Source of the DNA: an uncultured Verrucomicrobiota bacterium
Lineage (GTDB): Bacteria > Verrucomicrobiota > Verrucomicrobiia > Verrucomicrobiales > V1-33
Length of the DNA: 64,000 nt
Assembly: GCA_942492905.1 (NCBI GenBank)
Contig: OW818657.1
Location: 5,918,188 to 5,982,187, forward strand
Reading direction: 5' to 3'
Shown piece by piece: positions 50,192 through 59,966 of the stretch. The number at the start of each line of letters is the position of its first letter. Position 1 is the stretch's first letter. The notes under the pieces were generated by a model. The model was not told where the DNA came from. It searched no databases and saw only the letters and a program-made list of their open reading frames with translations. The position numbers and the translations under genes are program-made.

Positions 50192-51295
50192 ATGTCCCCC
50201 ATGATGACGGAATCTCCGCCCAGCCCCCCCGCTGCCACCGCCCTGACCGGCCTGCTGCCGGAGGAACTCACCGCCTCCCTCACCGCCGCCGGGGAGAAAC
50301 CTTATCGTGCCAAACAAGTCCAGGAATGGGTCTTTCAGAAAAGGGTCACCAGCTACGCGGAGATGACCAATCTGCCGGCCTCGCTGCGGGAAAGCCTTGC
50401 CGCCACCCACCCCTTCCACAGCCTCAAAACCGCCAAAATCCAGGGAGCCAAAGACACCACCCGCAAATTCCTCTTCCGCCTCCACGACGGCCGTTATGTC
50501 GAAAGCGTGCTGATTCCCGCCAACAAGGGATTCATGGGCAATCAAAGCGACCGCCTGACCCTCTGCGTCTCCAGCCAGGTCGGCTGCGCCTATGATTGTA
50601 AATTCTGCGCCAGCGGCCTCGCCGGCTTCACCCGCAACCTCCGCGCTGACGAAATCGTGGAACAGGTCATGGCCGCCGAGCGCGAAGCCGGGGAGCGCAT
50701 TGATAACATCGTCTTCATGGGCATGGGCGAGCCCCTCGCCAACTTCACCAACCTGACCCGCGCCCTGCAAATCCTGCACGGCCAGTGGGGCCTCAATATC
50801 GGAGCCCGTCACATCACCGTCTCCACCAGCGGCCTCGCCCCACAGATCAAAAAACTCGCCGACTTCCCGCTGAGCGTCCGCCTCGCCATCTCCCTGCACG
50901 GAGCCACCGACGAAGTCCGCAGCAAAATCATGCCGGTGAATAACAAATATCCCCTGGAGGAACTGTTCGAGTCCCTGCGCTACTTCAAACAACGCAGCAA
51001 ACACAAGATCACCTTCGAATATATCCTGATTGAAGGCGTCAACGACGGCCTCGACCAGGCCCGGGCCCTCGCCCGCCGCACCAAATCCCTCGAAGCCAAG
51101 GTCAACCTGATTCCCTACAACACCGTCGAAGGGCTCCCTTGGGTCCGCCCTTCCGAGGAGCAACAGGACGCCTTCTGCGCCACCCTGGTCGCCAATGGCG
51201 TCCCCGCCACCATCCGCCGCGAAAAAGGCCACGACATCGACGCCGCCTGTGGCCAGCTCCGCCTCAAGCAGGAAACCGCCGAAGGGTTGGTGTGA
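50192..51295 (+). CDS. rlmN: 23S rRNA/tRNA (adenine-C2)-methyltransferase, radical SAM
   Basis: Radical-SAM cluster motif CVSSQVGCAYDCKFCASG. GMGEPLAN. The C-terminal catalytic Cys region IDAACGQL. Confidence 0.9.
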   Translation: MSPMMTESPPSPPAATALTGLLPEELTASLTAAGEKPYRAKQVQEWVFQKRVTSYAEMTNLPASLRESLAATHPFHSLKTAKIQGAKDTTRKFLFRLHDGRYVESVLIPANKGFMGNQSDRLTLCVSSQVGCAYDCKFCASGLAGFTRNLRADEIVEQVMAAEREAGERIDNIVFMGMGEPLANFTNLTRALQILHGQWGLNIGARHITVSTSGLAPQIKKLADFPLSVRLAISLHGATDEVRSKIMPVNNKYPLEELFESLRYFKQRSKHKITFEYILIEGVNDGLDQARALARRTKSLEAKVNLIPYNTVEGLPWVRPSEEQQDAFCATLVANGVPATIRREKGHDIDAACGQLRLKQETAEGLV

Positions 51296-51360
51296 ACCGG
51301 CCAGGCCGGATCCGGGGAAATGGTAAGACCGGCGTCGATTCCGGCCGCCGGCCTCAGCCC

Positions 51361-53871
51361 TCAGGGCCGGGCCAGCCGGTAGAATTTCTTCTGGGTATCG
51401 ATCACGTCCAACACATGATTGAGGCCCCCGTCCACAAAGGGCACGGCATCGATGGTGATCCACGGGCCCACCGCCAAATTCGTCGTGTATTGCAGTAATA
51501 GGTTGGCCGGGGAGCTGACGGGCCAGGCGAGATCCACTGAATTCCCTGCCAACGGAGTAATCTGCAGGAGCACATTGCCGCTGGCTCCGGTGCCGGCGAA
51601 CAGATGCACATCATCGAGCAGCAGCGAATGGTCATCGGTGACCGCGCCGGTGGCCAACCCTTCAAATTTCACCTCGGCAGTCGTTCCGGCAGCGGTGAAG
51701 GTGATGGTCTTGCGGACGTATGGATTCCCCGGTCCCACCGGATCCTGGCTTTCCGTCAACACTTCCACGCCGTCGATCAGGATCCGGTAAGGGGTCGGCC
51801 CGGGGGTATCACCGTTGCGGGCATTGACCAGATAAGTCAGGGTGTAAGGACTGCCGGCCGTCAGCCCATCCATCATCTGGGAGAGGGACGAGGGGCCTTG
51901 GAGAAAGGCGACGCGGTCCTGAGCGCCGGCGAGGCCGTTGTCGCTGAAGGGTCCGACGGTATCCACATTGATGCCATGGCCCCCGGTAGTGGACCAGCCG
52001 GCCACTTCTCCAGTGTATCCCACCCCGGCGGGGCTGCCGGAAGACTCAAAACTGGGGTTCTTCACCACAAGCTCCCCTTCGCTGACGGGAACGATGCAAA
52101 TAGCGTCCAGGAGCAATGAAGCGTCCCCGGCCGCGGTCGTGGAGAATTCGAGCAGGCCTTCCGTAGCCGTGGCGGTGAAGGCCGCATTGAGGAAACTGAA
52201 AGGCTGGCCAGCTCCGGCAGGGACCACTCCAGCAATTGCCGCCAACTCGTTACCGTCGAGGCGGACTTGATAATCCATCGTGCCACCACAACAGCCGCGC
52301 GCATTGTAATAAGCCTGCAGCCAGTAGCGCTGGCCGGACACCAGACCTTTCACTGGCTGGCTGAGGACCTGGGACCCTTGGAGATAGGCGACCTGCCCCC
52401 GGTCCGGCACGAGGCCATTGTCAAAGAACGGCATCGTGTTGTTATTGATGCCGGAGCTGGCAAGGTTGTTGTCCCACGCCATGATGACCCCGGCCCCGAT
52501 GCCGGGATTCGGTCCGGTCGATTCAAAACTGGCATTGCGGACGAACGAGGTAACCCCCTCGATCACGATGGTACCATCCACCCCGTCGTGCCCGCCATTA
52601 TCCTCAATGACAATGGTGGTCGTGCCACGGCTGGCGCCTTCGATTTCGGTCGTCAAGGTAGTATCGACAGCCCCCTGAGGAAATGTCAGGGTAACCACCC
52701 CATTGAGATCCGCATCAACGAAACGCGCCACCCCTTCGTTGATAATCCGGACCGTGACCGTGGACGGGCCGCTTTCGAGACGCTTCGCGGAAACGGTGAA
52801 GGAAGCCCGGCCGCGCGTGCCGGGCCCTACTTCCACCATGGCGGGGCCGACTCTCAGATTGGGAATCGGTTCCACCACCACGCCGGTGACCTGGATGTCA
52901 TCCAGCAGCACGGTTTGGTCCCCGGCTGCTGTTTGGGCGAAGCTCAGGACTGCGGTGGTGGCGGCCGCCGTAAAATTCGCGGTCCCGGTGCGGTAGGCCA
53001 ACACTCCGCCGACCGGAGTCACGTCCTGGTCAAAAATCGAGGTTGCATCCACGCTGACATTCAGCCGGGGGGTATTGCCGGTTCTGGCGTTATAGCGGAA
53101 GGCGACGGCATACGTTTCTCCCACCGCCAGCCCCCTCAGGGTCTGCGAAATGGTCAGGTCACTCTGCAGGAAAGCTGCGTGGTCCTGCTCTGGGATCAGG
53201 CCATTGTCAGCAAAAGGGCCCACCGCATCGTTGACCCCGGCACTACCGGTTCCGGCACCGGTCCAACCTGCCGCCGCCGTCAAGCTTCCCGGGGCCGGAG
53301 GGGTGCCGCTGGCTTCGAAACTGGGATTCATCACCACAATTTGTCCGGCATTGCGCGGGACGAGGCAAACCCCATCAAACAAGCCGGTGGAATCGCCGGT
53401 GGAAAGCGTGGTAAAGGCAAGCGTGCCATCGGCAGCCGCCGGAGTGAAAACCACATTCCGGAAACGGTAGGCCGTCCCTGCTGCGCCCGGCAATACGGCG
53501 CTGACCGTATCCAGCGGGACATCATCCCACTTGGTCGTCAGATCGATCAGACTTCCATTCCGGGAATCGTAGAAATATTGAATCCAATAACTCTGGCCGG
53601 GAGTGAGGCCGGAAATCGCCTGACTCATGGTGGTGCTCCCCTGGATGAAGGCCATCTGCTGCCCGTCCATAACGGGAGTTCCTCCATTGTGGAATGGACC
53701 ATCCGCCCGGTTCGTGCCGCTGCCCCCGGTCCAACCATTGATGGGACCATAATGTGGCCAAGTCTCATTGTAGTTTTCTTCAAAACTGGGGTTTGCCACC
53801 AACCCCGCCCGGGCAGTTGTGGCGGCAAGCAGGCAGATCAATCCGACCAGGGAGACAACGCGATTTTTCAT
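51361..53871 (-). CDS. Secreted protein with four DUF642/CBM-like jelly-roll modules, a central Ig/Calx-like segment and a C-terminal beta-sandwich ending FYRLARP
   Basis: Signal peptide MKNRVVSLVGLICLLAATTARA. Four ~150-aa repeats each start N(P/A)SFE and contain GW...PF.DNG..P....AF(I/L)QG...SQ...GL..G..Y. ATG 53871 is preferred; a TTG at 53883 is possible. Confidence 0.75.
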   Translation of the reverse strand: MKNRVVSLVGLICLLAATTARAGLVANPSFEENYNETWPHYGPINGWTGGSGTNRADGPFHNGGTPVMDGQQMAFIQGSTTMSQAISGLTPGQSYWIQYFYDSRNGSLIDLTTKWDDVPLDTVSAVLPGAAGTAYRFRNVVFTPAAADGTLAFTTLSTGDSTGLFDGVCLVPRNAGQIVVMNPSFEASGTPPAPGSLTAAAGWTGAGTGSAGVNDAVGPFADNGLIPEQDHAAFLQSDLTISQTLRGLAVGETYAVAFRYNARTGNTPRLNVSVDATSIFDQDVTPVGGVLAYRTGTANFTAAATTAVLSFAQTAAGDQTVLLDDIQVTGVVVEPIPNLRVGPAMVEVGPGTRGRASFTVSAKRLESGPSTVTVRIINEGVARFVDADLNGVVTLTFPQGAVDTTLTTEIEGASRGTTTIVIEDNGGHDGVDGTIVIEGVTSFVRNASFESTGPNPGIGAGVIMAWDNNLASSGINNNTMPFFDNGLVPDRGQVAYLQGSQVLSQPVKGLVSGQRYWLQAYYNARGCCGGTMDYQVRLDGNELAAIAGVVPAGAGQPFSFLNAAFTATATEGLLEFSTTAAGDASLLLDAICIVPVSEGELVVKNPSFESSGSPAGVGYTGEVAGWSTTGGHGINVDTVGPFSDNGLAGAQDRVAFLQGPSSLSQMMDGLTAGSPYTLTYLVNARNGDTPGPTPYRILIDGVEVLTESQDPVGPGNPYVRKTITFTAAGTTAEVKFEGLATGAVTDDHSLLLDDVHLFAGTGASGNVLLQITPLAGNSVDLAWPVSSPANLLLQYTTNLAVGPWITIDAVPFVDGGLNHVLDVIDTQKKFYRLARP

Positions 53872-54113
53872 GGGTAAAAACAAATAAGGACAGACAGGCC
53901 TGCCGGTTTGGCGGTTCGCCTGAATCTTGTCAAGATTTTCCCGGCATCAGCCTGCCGGAACCCAGCGTCTCTTCCTCGGTCACCCCTAACCACCCCCTTC
54001 CGGAAGCCCTCAGTTTAAAATTGACATATTCCCGCGGATTCAATATCCAACTTGCCGGTGGCTTTATCCGACACCCCGCCCCAGCCTCCCCCTTCCCGGA
54101 CTTCATTCCTTCC

Positions 54114-55241
54114 ATGCGCCCTTCCCCTCTTTCCCTCAAAACAACCCTGACTGCATTGTTCCTGACCGGAGCCCCGCTGTTTGCCGCCTCCATTACGATT
54201 CAAAATCCCAGTTTCCAGGCTCAGGATTTCCCCAGCTTTCCGGGTTATCTGGGCGGTGCGAACCCCGCGACCATCACTGGCTGGGGCACCACGGGAGGAG
54301 CCGGAATCAATGGCAACGACATCGTAGCCGGCACGCCCTTCGCGGACAATGGTGCGATCCCGGATGGGTCGCGCGTCGCTTTTATTCAAGGAGGAGGCAG
54401 CCTGAGCCAGACCGTCACCGGCCTCACCGCCGGGAAACAATACTGGCTGCAGGGTTACGTCAACTCCCGCGGACCCGGTGCCTCCCCCCTCGGCAGTATG
54501 CCGGCGGTCGGGGTTTCCTTCGGCGGCACCCCGATCCTGCCCGCCCAGCCCATCCCTTCCGTGGGAGGCGCCAATGCCTATCATAAGGTGAACATCCCGT
54601 TCACCGCCGCAGCCACCAGTGGTGAAATCCTCATCAGCTCCGCGCCCTTTGCCGGGGGAGACGTCGCCCTGGTGATCGATGGTATCACTCTGATCCAGCG
54701 GGACGCCGGCGAGGTCGTGGTCTTCAACCCCAGCTTTGAAGCCAGCGGCACCGGGCTCAGTTTCCCCGGCTATCTCCCCAATATTGCCGGCTGGACCCGC
54801 ACTCTCGGAGTCGGCGGCAATAGTGCCGTCAATACCGCAGGCGGCCCCTTCAGCAATAGCTTCACTCCCGAGGGACTGAACCATGCGGTGCTGCAAAATG
54901 AAGCCTCGCTTTCCCAGGAACTCTCCGGTGTGGTCATCGGCAACAGCTACCGGCTGACGCTCGATTACTACGGCCGGGACGGCATCGCCCCTACCGGCCT
55001 GATCACGATCGACAGCAAAACCGCCCTGAGCGGGCTCATCCCCAACGGCGGCGGCCAACTCTCCCTCACCTACGATTTTGTCGCGGACAGCAGCAACCCA
55101 ACCCTGAGCATCGCCAACCTCGGAGTCGGCGCGGACAGCTCCCTGCTTTTTGACAACATCTCGCTCCGTGCCATCCCCGAACCAGGCAGCAGCCTCCTGG
55201 CTCTGCTCGGCACCGCCCTGTTATACCGCCGCCGCCGTTGA
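54114..55241 (+). CDS. PEP-CTERM-anchored protein with two DUF642/CBM-like modules
   Basis: Signal peptide. Modules start IQNPSFQ and VFNPSFE. The C-terminus AIPEPGSSLLALLGTALLYRRRR is PEP motif + TM + Arg cluster. ATG 54114 is in frame with the longer ORF-track call (53754). Confidence 0.8.
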   Translation: MRPSPLSLKTTLTALFLTGAPLFAASITIQNPSFQAQDFPSFPGYLGGANPATITGWGTTGGAGINGNDIVAGTPFADNGAIPDGSRVAFIQGGGSLSQTVTGLTAGKQYWLQGYVNSRGPGASPLGSMPAVGVSFGGTPILPAQPIPSVGGANAYHKVNIPFTAAATSGEILISSAPFAGGDVALVIDGITLIQRDAGEVVVFNPSFEASGTGLSFPGYLPNIAGWTRTLGVGGNSAVNTAGGPFSNSFTPEGLNHAVLQNEASLSQELSGVVIGNSYRLTLDYYGRDGIAPTGLITIDSKTALSGLIPNGGGQLSLTYDFVADSSNPTLSIANLGVGADSSLLFDNISLRAIPEPGSSLLALLGTALLYRRRR

Positions 55242-55342
55242 TTCCAGGTCCACGGTGTTGCCTGTCTGAAGCGGTCCCATTGTCTGCGACGGATGATTTG
55301 ACCAGCCAGCCACCGGTTGGCCCGCCCCCTTAACCCCTGAGT

Positions 55343-58300
55343 ATGCCCCCCCTCCTCCGCTGGCTGATCCCGGCTGTGGCGGTGTTTTCCAGTGCCCTGG
55401 CAGCCAATGCCGCACCGGACAGCGTCGTCACGCTGAACGAAATCTTCTACCACCCGCCAGACCCGCTGCCGCCCGCCACGACAGCGGCCCCGGAGTGGGT
55501 TGAATTGCATAACCAGATGTCCATCCGGGTTGATCTCGGAGGCTGGTCCCTGCAAGGAGGAATCGACTACACTTTCCCCGAAGGCACCGTGATGGAACCG
55601 GGTGCCTACCTTGTTATCTCGGCTGTCGCGGGCAGTCCCCCGGGGGCGTTGGGCCCGGTCGCCGGAAAGCTGGACAATGCTGGCGAGGAAATCCGTCTCC
55701 ACGAACGTTGGGGCCGGATGATGGACAGCCTCAGCTATAGCGATGAAGGAGCCTGGCCCTCAACTCCTGACGGCGGTGGCCCTTCCTTGGCCAAACGGGC
55801 TCCAGACGACGGCAGCGGTCCCGCGTTATCATGGATGGCCAGCACCACCCCGGGCGGTACGCCGGGAGCAGAAAATTTCCCAGTCGCCGCAGAAACGGCC
55901 CCGCGGGTGTTATTCAATGCCGGAGGCAGTTGGAAATATGAACCTACCGGCACCGATCCCGGCCCGGACTGGGCGCAACCGGTTGGTTTTTCCGACGCAG
56001 CCTGGACCACCGCAAACGCCCCCCTCGGCACTGCCAACCCGCTCACTCCGCCTGCCCCGGTCACCGTTCTCCCCGGAGGGCGCCCGGCCTATTTCTTCCG
56101 TAAATCCTTCGCCTGGAGCGGCACCATGCCCCATCCCCGGCTGCTCCTGACCGGCATCCTGAAAGGAACCGTGGAATGTTATTTCAATGGCATCCTCGTC
56201 GCCACGGAAACCTCCAGTCAAACCACCGGCCTCTCCATCAATGCCACCGGTCTCCTGCCGGGGGCCAACCTGGTGGCCCTGAAACTCACCCCGGCCTCGG
56301 CCCCGGCCTCGCCCGACGTCGTCCTCGACCTCGCCGCCAGCCTGCTGGATGGCAACACTGCGGTAGCCCCCGCGCTCGCCCCCACTCTGCCGGGCACGGT
56401 GGTGGTCAATGAAATTTCCTATCATGCGCGTCCCACCTACGCCAATCCCGCCGCCGCCATCGCCTTTGCGGAAAATCCCGCGGAATGGATTGAATTGCAC
56501 AACCCCGGCACGCTGCCGGTAGATCTCTCCGACTGGCGGCTCAGCGATGCCGTCGATTATGCCTTTCCCGCAGGCACCCAGCTGGCCGCAGGCGGGTTCC
56601 TCGTGGTGGATCACACCCAATTCAGCGGGACTCTGGCCAATCGCGGCGACCGCCTGCGGCTGCGTGATGCCACGGATGCCTTGATCGATGAGGTGCCTTA
56701 CCTCGATGATGGACGCTGGCCCGAGCTGGCGGATGGCGGCGGCTCCACCCTGGAACTTATCAATCCCCGGGCGGACCGACGCCAGCCTGAATCCTGGGCC
56801 GCCAGCGACGAAACGGGCCGCTCCGCGTGGCAGACCATCACTTACCGGGCCACCGGCGCAGAGCCCACCGGCAGCAACAATCCTGACATCTGGCACGAGT
56901 TCCTGCTGGGCTTTCTTGATGGCGGCGAGGCCCTGATTGATGACGTGTCCGTGGTGGAAGACCCCGACACCACGAAGCTCCAACTCATCCAGAATGGTTC
57001 CTTCGAGGGCGACACCATCGGCCTCGGCGCTGCAAAATGGCGGCTCCTCGGGACCCACAAAACCAGCAAGGTGGCGGCCCATCCGGATGGGCCCGGCAAG
57101 GTCTTGCACCTCGCTGCGACTGCCGCGGCCGAACACACTTACAATACCGCCTCCACCACCCTGGTGGGGAACCGCGCCCTCAACCCAGCCAAAACCTACG
57201 AAATATCCTTCAAGGCCAAATGGCTGGCCGGCTCCCCCCAGCTCAACTCCCGGCTGTATCTCAACCGCGCCGCCCGCACCACCATCCTCTCCCAGCCTGC
57301 CCTGACCGGAACGCCCGGCAGCGTGAATGGCCGGCGCCTCGCCAATGCCGGCCCTGCTTGCGAAGGATTGCGTCATAGCCCGCTGGTCCCGGCCGCCTCA
57401 CTGCCGGTAAGGGTCAGTCTATCCATCGCCGATCCTGACGGCCTCGCGGAGGTCACTCTGTTTTACAGTCTGAATCAGGGCGCCTGGCAGCGCACCTCCA
57501 TGGGTGGTGATGGCACCGGACGTTATTTTGGGGTTTTGCCGGGACAGGTCACCGGAGCCCAGGTTCAATTCTATGTTCAAGCCACCGACCGGGCCGGCGC
57601 CACTTCGCTTATCCCGGAGGGCGGACCGGCCTCGCGGGCGATTTACAAAGTTGGGGATGGCGGGACCAGCACCCAGACCGTGCGCAATAAAATGCGTCTG
57701 CTGATGAATGCCGCCGACGCGGCCGAACTCCACAACCCCATCCATGGGGTCTCCAACTTCCGCTGGCCCTGCACCGTTATCTACAATGACCGCGGGGTCT
57801 GGTATAACGCCAAAGTGCGGCTGCGCTCCGCGCCCTTCGGCCGGCAGGGAAACCGGGCGGGCTGGAACATCCAATTCGGGCCCGAACATCCCTTCCGCGG
57901 CGTGCAGACCAGCATCGTGATCGATGGCGCCTTCAATATGCCAAAAGGCGACGGCACCGGCTGGTTGGAAAACTCCCTCGGTCCCAGCGTGAACGAAATG
58001 CTCTATCAGGCCATCGCCAACCGCGCCGGGGATATTCCGGCGACCTACGATGACGTAGTCTATTTCCAAACCCCGCGCTCCACCGAAGGCAACCGCCGTG
58101 CCCAGCTCAAGATGACGCGATTCAATCCTTCCTACCTGGAGGAAACCTTTGCGGACGGCGCGGAGGGCACCCTCTTCAAACAGGAACTAATCTACTTCCC
58201 CACCACAACCGTGGACGGCAATGTGGAAAGCCTCAAAAACGCCTACAATTCGGTGCGCGACACGGAGATCCGGAGCTTCGGCGGAGCCAAGGAAGGCTGG

Positions 58301-59914
58301 CGCTGGAACTATCTGCTGCAGACCAATGCGGACCGCGACGACTTTTCCCGCCTCATCGCCCTCGGCCAGGCTTTCGACTCCTCCTCCGCCAATCTCTATG
58401 CAGCCACTTCCACCGCGATGGATATGGAGAATTGGACGCGCGTTTTTGCCCTCACCGCGCTGACCGGCCTGGCCGACACCTACAACAACGGCCTCGCCCA
58501 TAACATTCAACTCTACGTCCGCCCTTCCGACCAAAAGGTGCTGCTTTTCCCATGGGACCAGGACCACGCCTTTTATTATGGGACGAATTCAAACATCTTT
58601 GGTTCGGGCTCCCACCGTTTCGCTGCGGTGCTCAATCTGGCACAAAACCGCCGCCTCTTTGCCGGGCATCTGAGGCACCTCTGCCAGACCGCGTTCACCA
58701 ACACCACGCTGGATCCTGTCATCAATCACCTCAGTTCCTCCATCGTGGCCGACCGGGCGCAATATGCGGCCAACCTCCGGACCTGGGTCGCGGCCCGCCG
58801 CACTTATGTCCTGGGTCAGATTACGACCCAGTTCCCCACGGTGGCCTTCGCGATTACGACCGGCAGCGGCTTGGATTTCACCACCACCCAGCCTGCCGCC
58901 ACCCTCTCCGGGACCGGCTGGATCGACGTGCATGAAATCCGTGTTTCCCGGAATGGGGCTCCCGCCGAAGCTGCCCCGGTGACCTGGCTGAACGGCCAGA
59001 CCTGGCAACTCATCCTCCCCGTCACCGCCGGTGCCAATGCCTTCATTTTAACTGCGGTGAATCATGACGGCGCGATTGTGGGCACGGACAGCATCACGGT
59101 CACCAACCTCGGCACGGTCGAACCGGCGGCGGCGGCCAATCTGGTTATTTCCGAAATCAACTACCATCCGGCCGGATCAGGGGCGGAGGAATTCATCGAG
59201 CTGCGCAACATCGGCACCCGGACCGTGGACCTGACCGGCGTCCGCTTCACCGAAGGCCTCCTGTTTGGTTTTACCGGCAGTGCCATCACCACCCTGGCTC
59301 CGGGCCAGCGTGTGCTGGCGGTGGAAAACGCCGCGGCCTTTACCGCCCGCTATGGAGCTGGCCTGCCGGTGGCCGGGGCATTCACGCCAGGCAGTGCTCT
59401 TTCAAACGATGGCGACCGCGTGGTGCTGCGCGACCGGGCCGACGCCGTCATCGCGGCTTTCAGCTATGGGGACCAACTGCCCTGGCCGCCTGAAGCTGAT
59501 GGCGGGGGCTGGACGCTCACTCTGATCCGCCCGGAATTGCGGCCCGATCCCTCCCTGGCCGCCAGCTGGCGGCCCAGCCGCCTGACTGGCGGCAGTCCCG
59601 GCACCGGCGATGAGCTTGCAGCCGGCAGTTACCCCTCTCTGGCCGATTACGCCTTCACCGCCCTGCCTGCGGTCACGACGGCGCCGGATGGCCGGATGCT
59701 GATCACCTGGAGTGAGCGTCTCGGGGCTGATGGCGTGCGCCTTTGGCCCGAAAGCTCCCCCGATCTCAATACCTGGACCCCGGATCCCACGGACGGCACC
59801 GGGTTGGAACACCTCAGTGCCTCCTCCGCCAATGGCTCCCGCACCATCACCGCGATCGTCCCAGGCGGATCTTCCACCGGCAGATTTGTGCGCTTCCGGA
59901 TCACAACACGCTAG
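55343..59914 (+). CDS. 1523-aa secreted protein: three lamin-tail domains (LTD) + galactose-binding-like domain + CotH kinase-family domain
   Basis: LTD blocks VVTLNEIFYHP...EWVELHNQ...DLGGWSL, VVVNEISYH...EWIELHNPG...DLSDWRL, LVISEINYHP...EFIELRNIG...DLTGVRF. The CotH region contains WNIQF...IVIDG and LFPWDQDHAF. Confidence 0.85.
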   Translation: MPPLLRWLIPAVAVFSSALAANAAPDSVVTLNEIFYHPPDPLPPATTAAPEWVELHNQMSIRVDLGGWSLQGGIDYTFPEGTVMEPGAYLVISAVAGSPPGALGPVAGKLDNAGEEIRLHERWGRMMDSLSYSDEGAWPSTPDGGGPSLAKRAPDDGSGPALSWMASTTPGGTPGAENFPVAAETAPRVLFNAGGSWKYEPTGTDPGPDWAQPVGFSDAAWTTANAPLGTANPLTPPAPVTVLPGGRPAYFFRKSFAWSGTMPHPRLLLTGILKGTVECYFNGILVATETSSQTTGLSINATGLLPGANLVALKLTPASAPASPDVVLDLAASLLDGNTAVAPALAPTLPGTVVVNEISYHARPTYANPAAAIAFAENPAEWIELHNPGTLPVDLSDWRLSDAVDYAFPAGTQLAAGGFLVVDHTQFSGTLANRGDRLRLRDATDALIDEVPYLDDGRWPELADGGGSTLELINPRADRRQPESWAASDETGRSAWQTITYRATGAEPTGSNNPDIWHEFLLGFLDGGEALIDDVSVVEDPDTTKLQLIQNGSFEGDTIGLGAAKWRLLGTHKTSKVAAHPDGPGKVLHLAATAAAEHTYNTASTTLVGNRALNPAKTYEISFKAKWLAGSPQLNSRLYLNRAARTTILSQPALTGTPGSVNGRRLANAGPACEGLRHSPLVPAASLPVRVSLSIADPDGLAEVTLFYSLNQGAWQRTSMGGDGTGRYFGVLPGQVTGAQVQFYVQATDRAGATSLIPEGGPASRAIYKVGDGGTSTQTVRNKMRLLMNAADAAELHNPIHGVSNFRWPCTVIYNDRGVWYNAKVRLRSAPFGRQGNRAGWNIQFGPEHPFRGVQTSIVIDGAFNMPKGDGTGWLENSLGPSVNEMLYQAIANRAGDIPATYDDVVYFQTPRSTEGNRRAQLKMTRFNPSYLEETFADGAEGTLFKQELIYFPTTTVDGNVESLKNAYNSVRDTEIRSFGGAKEGWRWNYLLQTNADRDDFSRLIALGQAFDSSSANLYAATSTAMDMENWTRVFALTALTGLADTYNNGLAHNIQLYVRPSDQKVLLFPWDQDHAFYYGTNSNIFGSGSHRFAAVLNLAQNRRLFAGHLRHLCQTAFTNTTLDPVINHLSSSIVADRAQYAANLRTWVAARRTYVLGQITTQFPTVAFAITTGSGLDFTTTQPAATLSGTGWIDVHEIRVSRNGAPAEAAPVTWLNGQTWQLILPVTAGANAFILTAVNHDGAIVGTDSITVTNLGTVEPAAAANLVISEINYHPAGSGAEEFIELRNIGTRTVDLTGVRFTEGLLFGFTGSAITTLAPGQRVLAVENAAAFTARYGAGLPVAGAFTPGSALSNDGDRVVLRDRADAVIAAFSYGDQLPWPPEADGGGWTLTLIRPELRPDPSLAASWRPSRLTGGSPGTGDELAAGSYPSLADYAFTALPAVTTAPDGRMLITWSERLGADGVRLWPESSPDLNTWTPDPTDGTGLEHLSASSANGSRTITAIVPGGSSTGRFVRFRITTR

Positions 59915-59966
59915 CAGGAAATCCGGCAAGGCCCGTCCGGGCGGTACGGATCATCCAAACGCCCCG

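Noticed and set aside
47256-51463. 797-aa plus-strand ORF over leuS and 648-aa minus-strand ORF over the hypothetical gene and rlmN
   Set aside because: Both are antisense to genes with canonical motifs (HIGH/KMSKS; radical-SAM CxxxCxxC). Their translations are repetitive G/E/A/D/F strings.
52267-57376. 536-aa plus ORF (52267-53877) and 488-aa minus ORF (55910-57376) opposite the jelly-roll and LTD/CotH genes
   Set aside because: The sense frames carry repeated, internally consistent domain motifs and signal peptides. The antisense translations are Gly/Arg/Pro-rich with no structure.
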